Part shown: one piece after another, positions 49,311-62,555 of the stretch
How the letters are laid out: each line of letters starts with the position of its first letter
Numbering within the stretch: the first letter of the stretch is position 1
From: Glaucostegus cemiculus
Taxonomy: Eukaryota
Direction of reading: 5' to 3'
Length of the DNA stretch: 64,000 nucleotides
NCBI GenBank assembly: GCA_976551045.1
Contig: CDPCPM010000062.1
Location: 4,650,001 to 4,714,000, forward strand
Made by a program: the position numbers and the translations under genes
The notes under the pieces: generated by a model
The model's input: only the letters and a program-made list of their open reading frames with translations
Told to the model about the DNA's origin: nothing
Databases searched by the model: none

Positions 49311-49769
49311 TGATGGCAACAGAAATGATTATGAAATGAGTATACTTTTTGAAGAAAGACTGATATTCCTCAATATTAGCACCAAAACATTGGAGTGTGA
49401 ACGTAATCTTCCTCAGTTACTTTAGACTGAGGTAACCAAAATGGGACCTTAAGCTGCAATGTCAGTTTAGCCTATACTTATAGGGGGATATATGGAGGCA
49501 CGATATCCAGTTCATATCTCAGAAGAGTACTATTGTGATACAGCAATTACATTATTATATTGGGCATTATGAACAATATCCTGAATCAACCAGTAGCACT
49601 GGACTGGATAGAATAATTAGAGCAGATGCCACATATACAACAGAGCCTATTCAACTTCTTGTTAGAACTTCTTACTTGTGACTAATAGGTATAAATAGAC
49701 ATCCTGTTCTGAGCTTGGTCACAATTACCAGGTGGACAGAGGAAAGGATTCAAGGATTTGTGAAAGCCT

Positions 49770-50686
49770 TCAGAATCAGAGTCAGGTTGATGTCGTGAAA
49801 TTTGTTGTTTTGCAGCAGCACTACAGTGCAAAGACATCAAAATTACTATAAGTTGCAAAAATAAATGAATAGTACAAAAGAGGTATAACGAGGTAGTGCT
49901 CATGGGTTCATGGACATTTCAAAATCTGATGGTGGAGGGGAAGAAGCTTTTCCTAAAGCATTGAATGTGGGTCTTCAGTCTCCTGTACTTCCTCCTCGAT
50001 GGTAGTAATGTGAAGAGGGCATGTCCCAGGTGGTGGGGGTCCTTAATGATAGATGCCGCCTCCTGAAGTTGTCCTCGATGGTGGGGAGGGTTGTGCCCAT
50101 GATGGAGTTGGCTGAGTCACTGATCCTCTGCAGCCTATTTCGATCCTGCACATTGGAGCCTCCATACCAAGTGGTAATGCAACCAGCCAGAATGTTCTCC
50201 ACCTCTGTAGAAATTTGCAAGAGCCTTTGGTGACGTACCAAATCTCCTCAAACTCCAAACGAAGTAGAGCTGCTGGTGTGCCTTCTTTGTGATTGCTTCA
50301 CTGTGTTGGGCCCAAGATAAATCCTCTGAGATGCTGACTCTCAGGGACTTGAAGCTGCTCACCCTTTCCACTGCTGACTCTTCAATGAGGACTAGTGTGT
50401 GCTCTCCTGACTTCCCCTTCCTGAAGTCCACAATCAGTTCCTTGGTCTCGCTGACCTTGAATGCGAGCTTGTTGTTTCGACACCACTCAACTAGCCAATC
50501 TACCTCGTTCTTTTACGCCTCCTCATCGCCATCTGAGACTCTGCCAACAGCAGTGGCATCATCTGCGAATTTATAGATGCTGTTTGAGCTGAGCTTAGCC
50601 ACACAGTCACGAGCGTAGAGAGAGTAGAGCAGTGGGCTAATCACACATCCTTGAGGCGCACCAGTGTTGATTGTCAGCAAGGAGCT
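49770..50686 (-). mobile_element. Rex1/Babar-like LINE, 5'-truncated, frameshifted RT
   Basis: LTINTGAPQGCVISPLLYSLY..KFADD, ISEDLSWAQH, ENILAGCITTWYG peptides on the minus strand. Confidence 0.9.
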
Positions 50687-51499
50687 CTTGGGAATCCCTT
50701 CCCACATGCAGGGCGGCATTTCAGTGTAGAAGTAGGAAAGCACCTTAATGGGAAGCTGTGCTATGTTGTTCTCCATCATTGGACAGCTTACAAGAATCAT
50801 CAGGAGGATGAGAATGCATCTTGCTGGGAGGAACTGGAGGAGGAGATAAGGTCAGGTAGTCCAACACCAACTGCAGCAGCACAGGAGGTTTGGAGTGAGT
50901 GGCGGACTCCACCTCTGTGAACCCAGGGTCCACCCTCCTCATCCTCTTCCTCATCCTCTTCCTCAGTTGCTGAACTGTGTCAGCAAACTCCTTGGGCTGA
51001 GGGGAAGCTCAATATATAGGAGGGAAAAGCAGAGCAGTGATAGGTGAAAAAGAGGGGAGGCGGGGTGGGCACAAGGTGGTGATAGGTAGAAGATAGATAC
51101 AGTAGATAGATGGATAGATAGCTGGTGGAAGGCTGTTCCTTTCCTTAGTGGCTGTTCCTTTCCTTAGTGGCAGGTTGCTGGATGTTGCGTTTGGTGGCTT
51201 AAAGTCATTAAGATATGATATTCCCTGATTAGGGTTGTTGTGACTGATTAACCTGAGCCACATGGAAGCTGCAACTGGGAGATATAGAAGACTTTATTCA
51301 CACAGCAGATCTTCTGGAGAGAGAGTCTAAGAGCATCTCACTCTCCTGACACAATGCTTTTATACTGTTTAATTGCAAAGATAACAATAAATGATTAACT
51401 GGAGTTTCAAAGCTATGATCACCTACTTAACTTTAACATTTTGAATATAGTCAGGTGACTTTTCAGAATTACATATTTACAATGGTAGATAGATTTAGA

Positions 51500-51777
51500 T
51501 ATCTTTATTAGTCACATGTACATCGGAACACACAGTGAAATGCATCTTTTGCGTAGAGTGATCTGGGGGCAGCCCACAGCCATGCTTTCGGTGCCAACAT
51601 AACATGCCCACCACTTCCTAATCTGTACGTCTTTGGCATGTGGGAGGAAACCAGAGCATCTGGAGGAAACCCATGCAGACACGGGGACAACGTACAAACT
51701 CCTTACAGAAATCAGCCGGAATTGAAGGTGGGTTACTGATGCTGTAAAGAATTATACTAACCACTTCACTACCGTGC
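51500..51777 (-). mobile_element. V-SINE (tRNA-derived)
   Basis: V-domain gtgggaggaaaccagagcatctggaggaaacccatgcagacacgggg; reverse complement of the copy at 61378. Confidence 0.85.
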
Positions 51778-53194
51778 ACATCTCAACTAACGGAACCCTT
51801 TCTTTGAATATTCAGTACTGGTGTCTCTTCTGAAAGCTTCTGTGCACAAACTCGAGGCACCCAAAATATACCTCTTTTGCTCTATGAATGTACAACTGAC
51901 CAGACTATGAAGTGACAAAACCGACCTGTCCTGAACAGTGCATTAGGTGGCCGGGATATGCATTTAACAATATGTTAATACAAGAGATGGCCACTTAATA
52001 CCTTCTCTGACCTCATCCTGAAGTTTCCAATGAGCACCAATTAACATGAACATTCATCAATTGTCGTCCCCTGTGTAGTTTCAATGGTACAGTATCAGAA
52101 TGTCCCACATCCAATGATTGGTTTCAATGACCACAAAGCATCAGTTAAAGCTAACTTGTGAACAGGTTTTATTTCCCGAAGACTGGTTCTCATTTTAATT
52201 AATATCCATTAATTTCATAACTCCAGAATAATCGCTAACAATGGTGACACCAGGGAATATGGCTGAACGTTGCAACTGATATCAGCAGCAATAGAGAACG
52301 ACCATGCTCCTGGCTTGAATGCTAAAAGAAGTTTAGTAACCTCATCAGATCAGGAAAGTTGAATACTGTGGCACACACAGCTACATCCTTATATTATATG
52401 ATACCCCATTTCCCACAATCTGTCTTCTTAAGTGCACTGTGGCACTTTAATCCAAACACAAACTACATCCCTCCTTTTATGTCTTTCCTTTTCTGGATAT
52501 ATCCACCTCAATAGTTTATTTATGCAATGTCAAGCCTTTTCCACATAATCACACAGAATAGTTGATGTCCATCCACCCCTTGATTAATGTTTCACATTAA
52601 AGAAGTCTCCTCAAAAAATGGAGACCTCACTCAGTGCATCCTTACAACATTGACATATCTCCCCACATTGGCCTTGTTTGGCACATGTTTTTCAGAAGCA
52701 AAAATCAGTGTTACCTGAAGGTGATCACTTTGGCTTTTCAGAAATTTGACTGGGCATTTCTTGGTGCAATTAATGCACCAAGTACATCTAATATTTTCCT
52801 GGCATTAGATGTGCACCTAATTGTGTCACCATTTAAGCAATACCCACTTTTGCCTGCCTTGACCTGGATTTGGCGCCAGAGCAGCACCCTCTGACTGTTA
52901 GCTATCAGTGTGGCTCAGAGCATTTTGTGCAAGTGCATTATTTTCGTTTGCATCATGTTGACATGAGGACAATGGACAGCTTCAGAACTGGTTACAAACC
53001 ATTCCAATCAGCTTCCAATACTCACATGTTAGTTACAATTAACAGTGAGTGTTTCCTAAAAGATTCAGCTACTGTTGCAGTCATTCAAAGCACTCCTCAG
53101 TTATGACACTGCTGGCAATACTTCATTACCAGAGACTCATTATGGCCATGATTGATGACTCAGAATGGCTTGAGGACCTTGGGACAGGCTTAAG

Positions 53195-53480
53195 GACATA
53201 TCCATGATGAAGAGTCTATACCCAGAAACCACATCCTACTTGGACCTCTCAGATGAACAATCCTTTCACAAGCTGAGTTTTACCAAGGCTGTCATCACTG
53301 AGGTATATAACTAACTGCAGGAAAACCTCTGACTATACTCTTGTAGCTGGACTGTTTCATCTGTCAAGGTCATATTGACCCTCAAGTTCTTCATCATAGG
53401 ATCCTTCCATGCAATCACTGCAGATCTTTGCCATGCCTCTCAATCTGCTGCTCAGAGAGGTCACCCAGACACTGCACTCA
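53195..53480 (+). pseudogene. fossil PIF/Harbinger (HARBI1-like) transposase fragment
   Basis: frame from 53231 reads TSYLDLSDEQSFHKLSFTKAVITEVYN*LQENL*LYSCSWTVSSVKVILTLKFFIIGSFHAITADLCHASQSAA, matching the Harbinger transposase N-terminal/HTH region; two in-frame stops. Confidence 0.7.
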
Positions 53481-53915
53481 GTGAAGGGACTGCTTAATAG
53501 ATTCTTATGATAAGCCTGCAAAATCAGAGTACTCAGAGCAAACCAAGGGATTCTTTTCACACTCTAATGTTTATCTAATGTATGGCACACCAATAACCAG
53601 GCAGGAAGGGCCAGTTGTTACACAGTAATCTCCAGCATGCTTATGTGCAGATCCATCCACACATGAATCCATGATCCAATTTTTGAAATAGCTTGCTACA
53701 ACTGCTTTCAGTGATCTGTGCCTCATCCTGGCATATTTGGTACCTGTAGATTGCATCATTGAGTAAGGTTTCTTACTGCTGGAGGAGAAGACTGCCAGAT
53801 TCATTTCCTGTTTATCCTAGCATGTCTCCTGTACCCCTTGGTACACAAGACCTATCTCTTGACATTTTTCATACTGATAAGAATGTGCAGGGCTTGTTCA
53901 TTGAATATAGGGGTG

Positions 53916-53921
<6 letters not shown>

Positions 53922-53995
<74 letters not shown>
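53922..53995. repeat. (CT)n microsatellite
   Basis: directly visible. Confidence 0.95.
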
Positions 53996-53999
<4 letters not shown>

Positions 54000-54295
54000 A
54001 TCTCTCCCCTTCAACCTCCTCTTCTCCATGGCCAACTGTCCTTTTAATTAGAGTGAGTCTTTAAAGGGTGATGCCCTTCTCAGGTTGGTGTGCAGTGCAT
54101 TGTTTGAATCTGTGCCCAACTGAGCATGTTATTGATGGGAATTATGCAGCTTCCATTTTAGTGGCTGTTTCAGAGAATAATCCACCCTTGTGCTTTTCAA
54201 ATTTCTGTTTGACCAACTTTATGATTTTTTTTCTGTGGGCAACTTGAACTGGCATTAGTATTAAAAGCAATAATGGTTTAGCACAATGAAAACAA

Positions 54296-54752
54296 AGTCA
54301 GATTTAAGTTTATTGACATATGCATAAGTGCACAAGTACATGGATGCACAGGTGCAATGAAAGACTTGCAGCAGCATCACAGGCACATAGCATCATATAA
54401 GCAGCATTCACAAGAGAGACGTAAATTAAACATAATTATACACAATTTTCACAAGAAGGAACACAATTGGAACAAAAAGAAAACAAAGTCCATTTTAGTA
54501 CAAAGTGATCAAAGTGGTGTTGCTATACTGAGGTAGTGATTAGGGTTGTGCCAGTTGGTTCAAAAACGGAATGGCTGAAGGGATGTAACTGTTCTTGAAC
54601 CTGGTGGTGTGGGACTTCAGTCTTCTGTACCTCCTGCACAATGGTAGCTGTGAGAAGATGGCATGGCCCAGATGGTGAGGATCTTTGATGATGGATGTTG
54701 CCTCCTGTAGATACTACTGATGGTAGGGAGGGTAGTGACCATGATGTACTGG
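54296..54752 (-). mobile_element. Rex1/Babar-like LINE 3' fragment
   Basis: reverse complement of 61742-62135; PSGPCHLLTATI-type end of ORF. Confidence 0.75.
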
Positions 54753-54809
54753 GCAGGCGAAACACAGCAGCTTTTTAGTCAGAGGGACAAAGTTGAATTA
54801 GTATCTCAG

Positions 54810-55070
54810 ATCAGTAGTTATATCTCTGGACTAATAACGCAGAGAGCATAAGCTTAAATAATCTTCTTGAAAAAGTGACGAGGAAGCTAACAGATTGTTG
54901 TAAAAACCCAAGTGGTTTATTAATGTGGTCTATGGAATGAACTTGCCATCCCTATTCAGCCCCATGCCATAGTAGTCAGCTTTTAACTGATCCCCAAGGC
55001 AATTAGGGATGAACAGTCAATGCTAATTTTCCCTGTGAGGCCACATCTTGACAATGTATAATTTAAAAAA
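54810..55070 (+). mobile_element. degenerate elasmobranch SINE
   Basis: ctggactaataacgcagag...gattgttgtaaaaacccaagtgg...aaggcaattagggatg with A-rich end. Confidence 0.55.
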
Positions 55071-55480
55071 ATTCTCCTACCAGGAACCCTTCAAAAATTA
55101 ACTTAAAACCACACTGTGCCCTCAGCCCCAGTTCTACCTCTTCTGTTACCACTTGATATGTTTATAGAGTTAAGCAAAAAGATAGAAGATGGATAATTAT
55201 ACCAACTTACATCTTTACATAGCACAAGATTGACTAAAAGGCAAATTCCCACTTAAAAAAGTTTCTCAATAATCATTTCATTAATTATCCACTAACAAGC
55301 CTGGAAGCAAGAATAGTGTAGTAGTATCAGTTCCCTTGATTTACCACCACAAACTTTGAAAGGATATTAGTTATGGTTTGGAAGACATATCATCTGTCCA
55401 GTGACCTGATGCTTCATTTGGGTGTTCTTAGTCCTAAGAATATCACAATCATAGAAAAAGAATATTGCCCCAGAATAATA

Positions 55481-56095
55481 CATAGAATCATAGAAGATTT
55501 ACAACACAGAAGGATGGGGTTTGAGCCATTGCTTGTGTGCCAATTGAGAAAGAGCCTTGTGGCCTAATCATGCCTTCCAACATTCGGTCCATAGCCCATC
55601 AGCTCGTAGCGCTTCAATTAGCTTTTATAAATATATCTTGGGTTTCTGCCTTCAGCACCCTTTCAGGCAGATCCACACACCTACGCCCTTGAGGTGAGCC
55701 TCATCTCCCCAGTAAACCTTCCATCAATTACTTTAAATCTATGTCCCCTGGTGTTTGAACACTCTGCACAGGGTAATAGGTCCTTCTTATAGAGTGTCTC
55801 TAGACCTCTCATAATTTAGTACAGGACATAGAACAGTTCAGCACACTTTAATTAAGTCTTCCCTCAGCCTCCTTCCAAAGAAAACAACCCAAGTTTATTC
55901 AATCTTTCCTAATAGCTACATTTTCCAGTCTCGTAAATCTTCTCTACACCCTCTCCAGTACAACCACATTATTCTTCTAATGTGGTGACCAGAACTGTAG
56001 ACAATAATCAAGTTAACATGGTCTGGAAACCATTCTAACATGACTCCATGCTCTTGCATTCCCTGCCTCAGCTAATAAAGGAAAGCAACCACATA
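55481..56095 (-). mobile_element. CR1 LINE 3' fragment (older)
   Basis: (CATAGAAT)n tail; ttactttaaatctatgtcccctgg and tggtgaccagaactgtagacaata are CR1 ORF2-end signatures in reverse. Confidence 0.7.
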
Positions 56096-56964
56096 TCTGA
56101 TCTTTAAACATCTTTGGTTGCTTAGGTAGATGCCAGATCCTGGAACCTGCCTTTGCATTCTGATTTCCTTGAGGAATGTGCCTCTTCCAGTTAGTCTTTC
56201 ACAACCAACGCCCACTTGCATTCTTTGATACCAACAGTGGATTTAAAGAACATTTTGCAACATTTTTCAAATTCTTACATATTTAAAAAAAAAGATCAGT
56301 CGAATAGGATTGATTTCATTGTACTCAGTAAGTTTGTGTGGTAATACTCGCTAGATTTTCTTGAATCATAGTCCAACCAGTAATCATTGATTTTTTCCGC
56401 TTATATTCTTGATGTCCCTGTCAGCAAGCTAAGCTTTACATAGGTTGGAATTGATTAACTCTCTAGTACTAGACTCAGCAAGGACTTACAAACTATTGAT
56501 GCTTGATACTGCCTTGAGATTTGAACTAGAGCCATCAGTGATGCACAATCATCAGTCTTATGAGGATTCAGACAGATTCAACCTTTTCATCATCTTCTCA
56601 GTATTTGACAACATGTACAACTGGAACTGGATAATGTGACAAATTATCAACATTTTTATGAATAGCATCATAGTAACTTTCCATTGATTTCTGCTTCAAT
56701 CTGAGTGAAAATCACATTGAGTAGGATTTGCTCAACATGTTTGTAGCAAAATCATAATTGTTCCTTTCAAGTTAATTCAGGGTAATACCCAATAGAGCCC
56801 GTGAAGAGTGCTTTTTTAGTTCATTATCATTTTTTAAGTATTAGGTCTGAGAATGCTTTTCATCATTCCAAGAATTGCCAAAAGTTCATGGTGATAAAAC
56901 ATTGCCAACCCTACTACAGTCAGCTAAAGTAAGCATGTACCATTGTGTTTCCATCACACCAAGC

Positions 56965-57392
56965 TTATAATAGGCTGAGCGAGCTAGGGCTTTTCTCTTT
57001 GGAGAGAAGAAGGATGAGATGTGACTTGATAGAGATGTACAAGATAATAAGAGGCATAAATCGAGTGGACAGTCAGAGACGTTTTCCCAGTGCAACAATG
57101 GCTAACAGGAGGGGACATAATTTTAAGGTGAATGGAGGAAGGAATAAAAGGGATGTCAGGGGTAAGTTTTTCACACAGAGAGTGATGGGTGTGTGGAACA
57201 CACTGCTTACAGAGGTTGTGGGGGCAGATACATTAGGGACACTTAAGAGAGTCTTAAATAGACACATGAATGATAGAAAAATTGGGGGCTATGTGGGAGG
57301 GAAGGTTAGATAGATCTTAGAGCGGGATAAAATGTTGGCACAACATTGTGGGCCGAAGGGCCTGTACTGTGCTGTAGTGTTCTATGTTCAAT
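56965..57392 (+). mobile_element. CR1 LINE 3' fragment
   Basis: RLSELGLFSLERRRMRCDLIEMYKIIRGINRVD...FFTQRVMGVWNTL. Confidence 0.92.
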
Positions 57393-57489
57393 GTAAAGCT
57401 TTATCTTCACTGCTTGATTACTCAGATGTGAATCAGCTAAGCAAACACTGAATCTGAAACTTCATCTCAGAATTACAGAACTTACGTGT

Positions 57490-57730
57490 AAAAAACAGAA
57501 AAGGCTGGAAATACTCAGCAGGTCAGGCTGCATTCTGTAGGAAGAGAAGCAGAGTTACTACTTGAGGTCGAAGGCCCCTCATCAGGACTGGGAAGGAGAC
57601 TAAAAAAGAAGCTCGTTAAGCTGCAGGGAGAGTGGGAGAAGGGAGGTCTCTGACAGGGTGGAACTGGGGTGACCTACTGAGTGCATTTTCTGTTTTTATT
57701 TCAGATATCCAGAACTTGTAGTTTTCTTGT
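57490..57730. mobile_element. fold-back repeat with inverted ends (Penelope-associated or MITE-like)
   Basis: aaaaacagaaaaggctggaaatactcagcaggtc at the left is the inverse of gacctactgagtgcattttctgttttt at the right; related pieces at ~60232 and 62262-62555. Confidence 0.55.
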
Positions 57731-58226
57731 GTGATTTTTCACTTCCAAATCTTCTCAGTTTGGAATCCATTTGACACTATTCTATATTTGTCAATAAAGG
57801 TGGGGGGGGGGGGGAGGGGGAACATCAGCAATACTAACAAACTAGAAGAACATTTCTTATTGTAATAGATACTTTGAGCACTGTCTGTTCCCTCAACATG
57901 TTTTCACTTTGACTTCACTTGTAGCCTTTGTAGTTGATAATTCTCCAAAATAAATAATAATGAGCAAAGTTCAACTTCTTTAGAACTTATAGCAGCACGA
58001 TTTGGGTACTGAGATGATATTAGTTGGCACTTGGGCAGCTTGGACTATTTTCTTGAAGGTTTAGAAGACCTTCCCCTCATTTAGTTTGTCTGTCTTCAGG
58101 TGCCCAATTCTGAGAAGCACCAATTTGCTTTGGGAGCATAAAGAAGTGTGAAATGTGCAGGAGGTCGGGGGTAGAGAAAAGCAGATTTCTCAGTGAGGAT
58201 GTTACAAATATTTTAAGGGTTTTGTT

Positions 58227-58667
58227 TATGGAATATGAGGAGAGGCTTAAGGTGCTAGGGCTTTACTCGTTGGAGAGGAGGAGGATGAGAGGGGACTTGA
58301 TAGAGGTGTATAAGATATTGAGAGGAATAGATAGAGTTGACAGCCAGCACCTCTTTCCCAGAGCACAGATGCTCAAGACGAGAGGGCATGGCTTTAAGAT
58401 ATCAGGTGGCAAGTTCAGGGGAGATGTCAGAGGGACGTTTTTCACCCAGAGAGTGGTTGGCGCATAAATGCGCTGTTTGGGGTGGTGGTGGAGGCAGATA
58501 TGTTGGACAGGTTCAAAAGATTGTTAGATAGGCATATGGAGGAATGTGGAATAGAGGGATATGTGGGAGGAAAGAGTTAGATCGTGTGAGGTTTGAAGGA
58601 CGGCACAACTTGGTGGGCCGAAGGGCCTGTTTTGTGCTGTAATGTTCTATGGTTCTATGGTTCTATG
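58227..58667 (+). mobile_element. CR1 LINE 3' fragment
   Basis: YEERLKVLGLYSLERRRMRGDLIEVYKILRGIDRVD...FFTQRVVG; (TTCTATGG)n tail. Confidence 0.92.
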
Positions 58668-59437
58668 GAGGAAAAAATGTAAGGATGAAAATTTTTAGGT
58701 TGAGTCTGGGAGACCATGAAGGTGATCAAGCATGAAGGTGGGTGGGACTTGATAATAGTTAGTATACTGCAACAGAGTTTTGGATAACCTCAAGTTAATG
58801 GTGGGTGAAAATTTGATTGGCAGACAGAAGAACATTGGAATTGTGGAATCTGGAGGTGGCAAAAGAGATATGGACATCACCAGCAGATGGATCAAGATTG
58901 GAGTGGAAATGAATGCTATTGATGAGATGGGAAATGGTCTTTATGATGTTAATGGTACTGGGTTTATGTTCTGAGTTAAATGGAGGATGGCATTATGAGT
59001 AACCTAGCTTAGTGTGTAACACTGGCCCAGAGAAGTGATGGAATCAGTGGCTATGCATCAGTGTCATTCCTGCACAGAGGATTGAGTCAGCATGAAGAAA
59101 TATGATGCGTTAAGGCAGAAAAAGGAACTAATCAGTTATTATTGTTTCAGAAATCTGTTTTATCTCTAATAAGCTGGCTGTTCTTACACTCACAGTAGCC
59201 ATGAAAGGTAGGTGCAAACTTCTCAGTGTCCCAACAGCTGTATTTAATAATTGCCTCAGGTATCTAAATGTTGTGTACCAAGATATGTGAGCTAATCCGT
59301 AACATTACCAAACCATTTGTAATAACTGACAGCAATTGGGATTACCTCTGCTCCGAATATCCTCTCTCTTCTCTGTTTTTCCTTTCTGTGGGGAACTGTG
59401 GGAAAGTACCAAAGCACCGAGATTACAAACTTGTAAA

Positions 59438-60172
59438 ATCAGAATCAGAATCAGTTTTATTGTCACTACTATATATACATTCAGTATGCATAGGAGCAAA
59501 ACACTGTACTCCACAGGTCAAGGTGCAGGTCACATTTTAAAAAAAGAAACAAACACTGAGAGAACAAAGATAGAGAGACACTAAAAACATTAGAACCACA
59601 AAAATTAAATAGCACAACTTAAAATAAATAATCTTAAAGTGAGCGTACTGGCAGCGGACATTTAAAGTGCTGCTGCGTTTCTGTACGCCTAGCATCCTTT
59701 AGTGTTGGCGGGAGTGATGGAGGGATGAGGGAGTTCACAGTTCTAATAGCTTGTGGGAAGAAGCTATTGCACAGTCTAGTTGCCCTTGCCTGGATGCACT
59801 GGAGCCTTCTTCCAGACAGCAAGAGTGTGAAGAGATGGTAGGAGGGGTGAGAAGGGTCCGACATTATATTTGTGGCCTTTCTAACACATCGATCCTTATA
59901 TATATCTGCAATAGAGGGTAGAGAGACACCTATGATCTTCTCTGCCGCTCTCACTATACACTGGAGGGACTTCTGTCCAGCAGCCGAGCAGCTCCCAAAC
60001 CAGATAGTGATGCAGTGTGTTAGGATGCTCTCAATGGTCCCTCTATAAAAAGTTTTCATAACCGAAGGATGGGAGTTCACTTTCCTCAGTCTCCGCAGGA
60101 AGTAGAGGCGTTTCTGGGCTTTCTTGGTGAGGGCCGTGGTGTTAGTGGACCAGGTCAGGTCATCAGCAATGT
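59438..60172 (-). mobile_element. Rex1/Babar-like LINE 3' fragment
   Basis: FYRGTIESILTHCITIWFGSCS...DPSHPSYHLFTLLLSGRR...NSFFPQAIR; (ATCAGA)n tail. Confidence 0.9.
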
Positions 60173-60231
60173 GCTATGATTTGTTCATAATCTAACCAAT
60201 CAAATGTTTAATGAAATTCCATTATCTGAAG

Positions 60232-60730
60232 TGTTAACTTTTGCACTGTTTCCCTCTCCATAGATACTGCCTGACATGTTGAGCACTGTTTTTTCAGTAC
60301 TTTCTATTTTTATTTCAGATTCTCAACATCAAGAAAGCATATCAGCGCATGATGTACATGTGACTAAATAAGATATCTTTAAAATGTTATCTTAATCTTA
60401 TGGAGTCATAGAGAGGAACAGCATGAAAACAGGATCTTCGGCCCATCGAGTCCATGCCAACCTTCAACCATTTATATTTAGATAATCCTACCTTAACCTA
60501 ATTTATTCTCTCCACATCCCCATCAAACCTCAACAATTCAGAAATAGCTTCTTCCCCTGGCTATCAGATTTCCGAGCAGTCCATGAACCCATGGACACTA
60601 CCTCGTTATTCCTTCTTTTTGCACTATTTGTCTATTTTTGTCATTTATAGCAACTTTGTGTCTGCCACAAAATAACATTATTCGCATTATCTATGTCAGT
60701 GACAATAAATCTGAATCCCATTTTGATTCT
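60232..60730. mobile_element. mosaic of short repeat fragments (fold-back repeat end, CR1-type tail, Rex1-type tail)
   Basis: local matches to other copies in this window, e.g. atgaacccatggacactacctcgttattcc is the reverse of 49885-49915. Confidence 0.6.
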
Positions 60731-61377
60731 GAACACTTTCCCACAAAAAGGACACATTACTTTATCACTCAGTGGTAGGGGCTTAAAACTGATAAAATAT
60801 TTTAAAACTGTGCAACCAAATAAACCAAGTTGACAGTCTTGAAAGTTGCTGTAGCCTGGCAATTGTACTCAAGTAAAGAACAATGTATTCAAAGGAAGGA
60901 GACAAAAGTCTCCCCATTAGACCAAAGTGGATTTGACATGGAGTTAAATTAGAGCATTTACTCTTTTTTCACTTATTTTGAGATAGGATTTAAATCCAAG
61001 ATAGGCTGAAAATGTGTCCTCTTTGCTGGTTTAAAGTGCCATTTGTGAAGCTTGTCACAGAATTTTCAAAATCAAGGGATAAAAATTTGTTCCTGCTTGT
61101 GTGTGGTAATTGCACAATACAGTAGTGTATACATGTCTTCCTCTACTTATGAATTTCACGTAGTACAGAGCACCAAGAACAAATTTTCTTTTTGGTGTAC
61201 AACAAACATGTCGGATTTATAAGGCTGACGTGGATTTGTTAATCTTGGAGAAAACGTAAGAAGCAATAGCACACAATGTAATGTCCACATTTCCTCCAGA
61301 AAAAGACTTTCTACAGATGTGCCATTTTGAGGTGCCTCCCTGTGACCAGTGCTCATCAAAGACTTTAGGCTTTTATA

Positions 61378-61680
61378 GGGTGGCAAGGTAGTGTAGTGGC
61401 TAGTGTAACGCTATTACAGCGCCAGAGACCCAGGTTCAATTCCCGCTTCTGTCTGTAAGGAGTTTGTACATTCTCCCTGTATGTCTGTGTGGGTTTCCTC
61501 CGGGTGCTCTGGTTTCCTCTCACAATCCAAAGACGTACAGGTTAGGAGCTGTGAGCATGCTATGTTGGCGCCAGAAGAATGGCAACACTTGCGGGCTGCC
61601 CCCACCACATTCTCAGTAATGCAAAAAGAAGCGTTTCACTGTGTGTTTCAACGTACATGTGACTAATAAATAAATATCAA
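61378..61680 (+). mobile_element. V-SINE (tRNA-derived), near full length
   Basis: A box tagtgtagtgg, B box ggttcaattccc, V-domain gtgggtttcctccgggtgctctggtttcctc, AATAAA tail. Confidence 0.9.
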
Positions 61681-61741
61681 ATATCAATATATATATTCTG
61701 TTGTCCATATCCTGTCTTGTACTATCATTTTCACTGGAATC

Positions 61742-62135
61742 CTCATCCGGGCCATGCCACCTTTTCGCAGCTACCATTAGGCAGGAGGTACCGAAGCCTA
61801 AAGTCGCACACCACCAGCTTCTAGAACAGCTACTTCCCTTCAACCATTCAGTTCTTGGACCAACCGGCAAAACCCTAATCACTACAGTTTAGCAACACCA
61901 TGACCACTCTGATCACTTTGCACTAAAATGGACTTTGTTTTGTTTTGGTTCTAATTGTGTTCTTTCTTGTAAACATTGTGTGTAATTTATGCGTAATTTC
62001 TGTTTTTCTTGTGAATGCTGCTTATTTGATGCTATATGCCTGTGATGCTGCTGCAAGTAAGCTTTTCATTGCATCTGTGCATACATGTACGTGTGCATAT
62101 GACAGACAATAAACTCACCTTTGACTTTGACTTTT
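61742..62135 (+). mobile_element. Rex1/Babar-like LINE 3' fragment
   Basis: inverse copy of 54296-54752; ends aataaactcacctttgactttgac. Confidence 0.75.
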
Positions 62136-62261
62136 ACCTTTATTCCCATCTTTCTTTCAAAACTCTTTAATTAAAAGGAAAGTGGAATCTATGTGGCCAG
62201 CCCCCTACACAGTCCATTCTGTGCATTTTTATTCTTGATGACCTGTTACTCTTCCCTTTAA

Positions 62262-62555
62262 TCCATGGCCCACTGTCCTCTCCAATCAGATTCCATCTTG
62301 TTCAACCCTTTGCCTCTTCCACCTCCCAGCCTCTCAAATCATTCCCACTTCCCACCTCCCCCAGCTACCTACCTTCCCCCCTCATCACTCACCAGCTCGT
62401 GCTGCTCCCCCTCCTCCCCCCACCACTTTTATTCTGGCTTCTCCCTTCTTTCTTTCCGGTCCTGATGAAGGGTTTCGGCCTGAAAAGTCAGCTGTTCATT
62501 TCCCTCCACAGATGCTCTCCGACCTGCTAAGTTCCTCTAGCGTTTCCTGTGTGTT
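62262..62555 (+). mobile_element. elasmobranch repeat (Penelope-associated?)
   Basis: pyrimidine-rich body then cctgatgaagggtttcggcctgaaa...cagatgctctccgacctgctaagttcctctagc, related to the 57490 element. Confidence 0.55.

Noticed and set aside
50690-50970. LCYVVLHH plus acidic stretch, vaguely like a Harbinger transposase C-terminus
   Set aside because: Similarity too weak, and it lies upstream of the N-terminal fragment
51131-51170. 19-bp tandem duplication ggctgttcctttccttagt
   Set aside because: Two copies with no spacer; simple slippage, not an array
61378-61450. tRNA-like A and B boxes
   Set aside because: SINE head continuing into a V-domain, not a tRNA gene
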